DNA from: a virus
Lineage: Duplodnaviria; Caudoviricetes
Length of the DNA stretch: 24,630 bases
IMG/VR virus record: IMGVR_UViG_3300025167_000061
Span: 1-24,630 of that record
Strand: one strand, 5' to 3'
Numbering within the stretch: the stretch's first letter is position 1; each line of letters starts with the position of its first letter. Below are positions 24,469 through 24,630 of this stretch, one piece after another. The notes under the pieces are model-generated. The model was given only the letters and a program-made list of their open reading frames with translations, had not been told where the DNA came from and did no database searches. Made by a program: the position numbers and the translations under genes.

Positions 24469-24629
24469 GGTTTCCTCACTTTGGCTTTGGGTAAAGCCAG
24501 CTTATTACTCAAATCCAATAAAAAGAATATCTTATCGGAAATGGTTATTTCATTCATTAATCTTGTTTCCCACTTAAGGGTCCAATTCTCACCTTTTTCT
24601 GGAAACATGTCGTGCAAATACTCGTGTAC
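24465..24629 (-). CDS. C-terminal part of an HExxH (zincin-like) protein, truncated by the window edge
   Basis: The open minus frame reads VHEYLHDMFPEKGENWTLKWETRLMNEITISDKIFFLLDLSNKLALPKAKVRKP*, and its stop overlaps the next ATG. Confidence 0.6.
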   Translation of the reverse strand, partial: VHEYLHDMFPEKGENWTLKWETRLMNEITISDKIFFLLDLSNKLALPKAKVRKP

Positions 24630-24630
24630 G

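Noticed and set aside
23930-24577. + strand ORFs 23930-24259 and 24386-24577
   Set aside because: They are antisense to an RBS-supported, coupled minus-strand gene series, and the first crosses a candidate + strand terminator.

Overview
This window is a piece of a tailed dsDNA phage genome (Caudoviricetes) with podovirus-type gene order. Positions 1-1730 are an AT-rich control region with four near-consensus sigma70-type promoters (two leftward, two rightward), a 21-bp-phased array of ATAT-N3-ATAT dyads, hairpin chains, a G-run element and one monocistronic basic HTH-like gene with its own terminator. Positions 1733-23883 form one + strand, largely translationally coupled morphogenesis operon. 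It holds an HTH regulator, a pre-terminase cassette of probable virion-decoration genes, TerS, TerL, portal, scaffold, major capsid protein, a head-tail adaptor with an extra N-terminal lectin-like domain, a nozzle, a GNAT protein, five ejection-like proteins, an FmdB-type zinc ribbon, a modular tail fibre and two small membrane proteins. A convergent minus-strand operon of small genes begins at the right edge, including a truncated HExxH protein. No tRNA, rRNA, CRISPR array, integrase, endolysin, tape measure or sheath gene is visible. All product calls come from motif recognition and synteny, not database searches.
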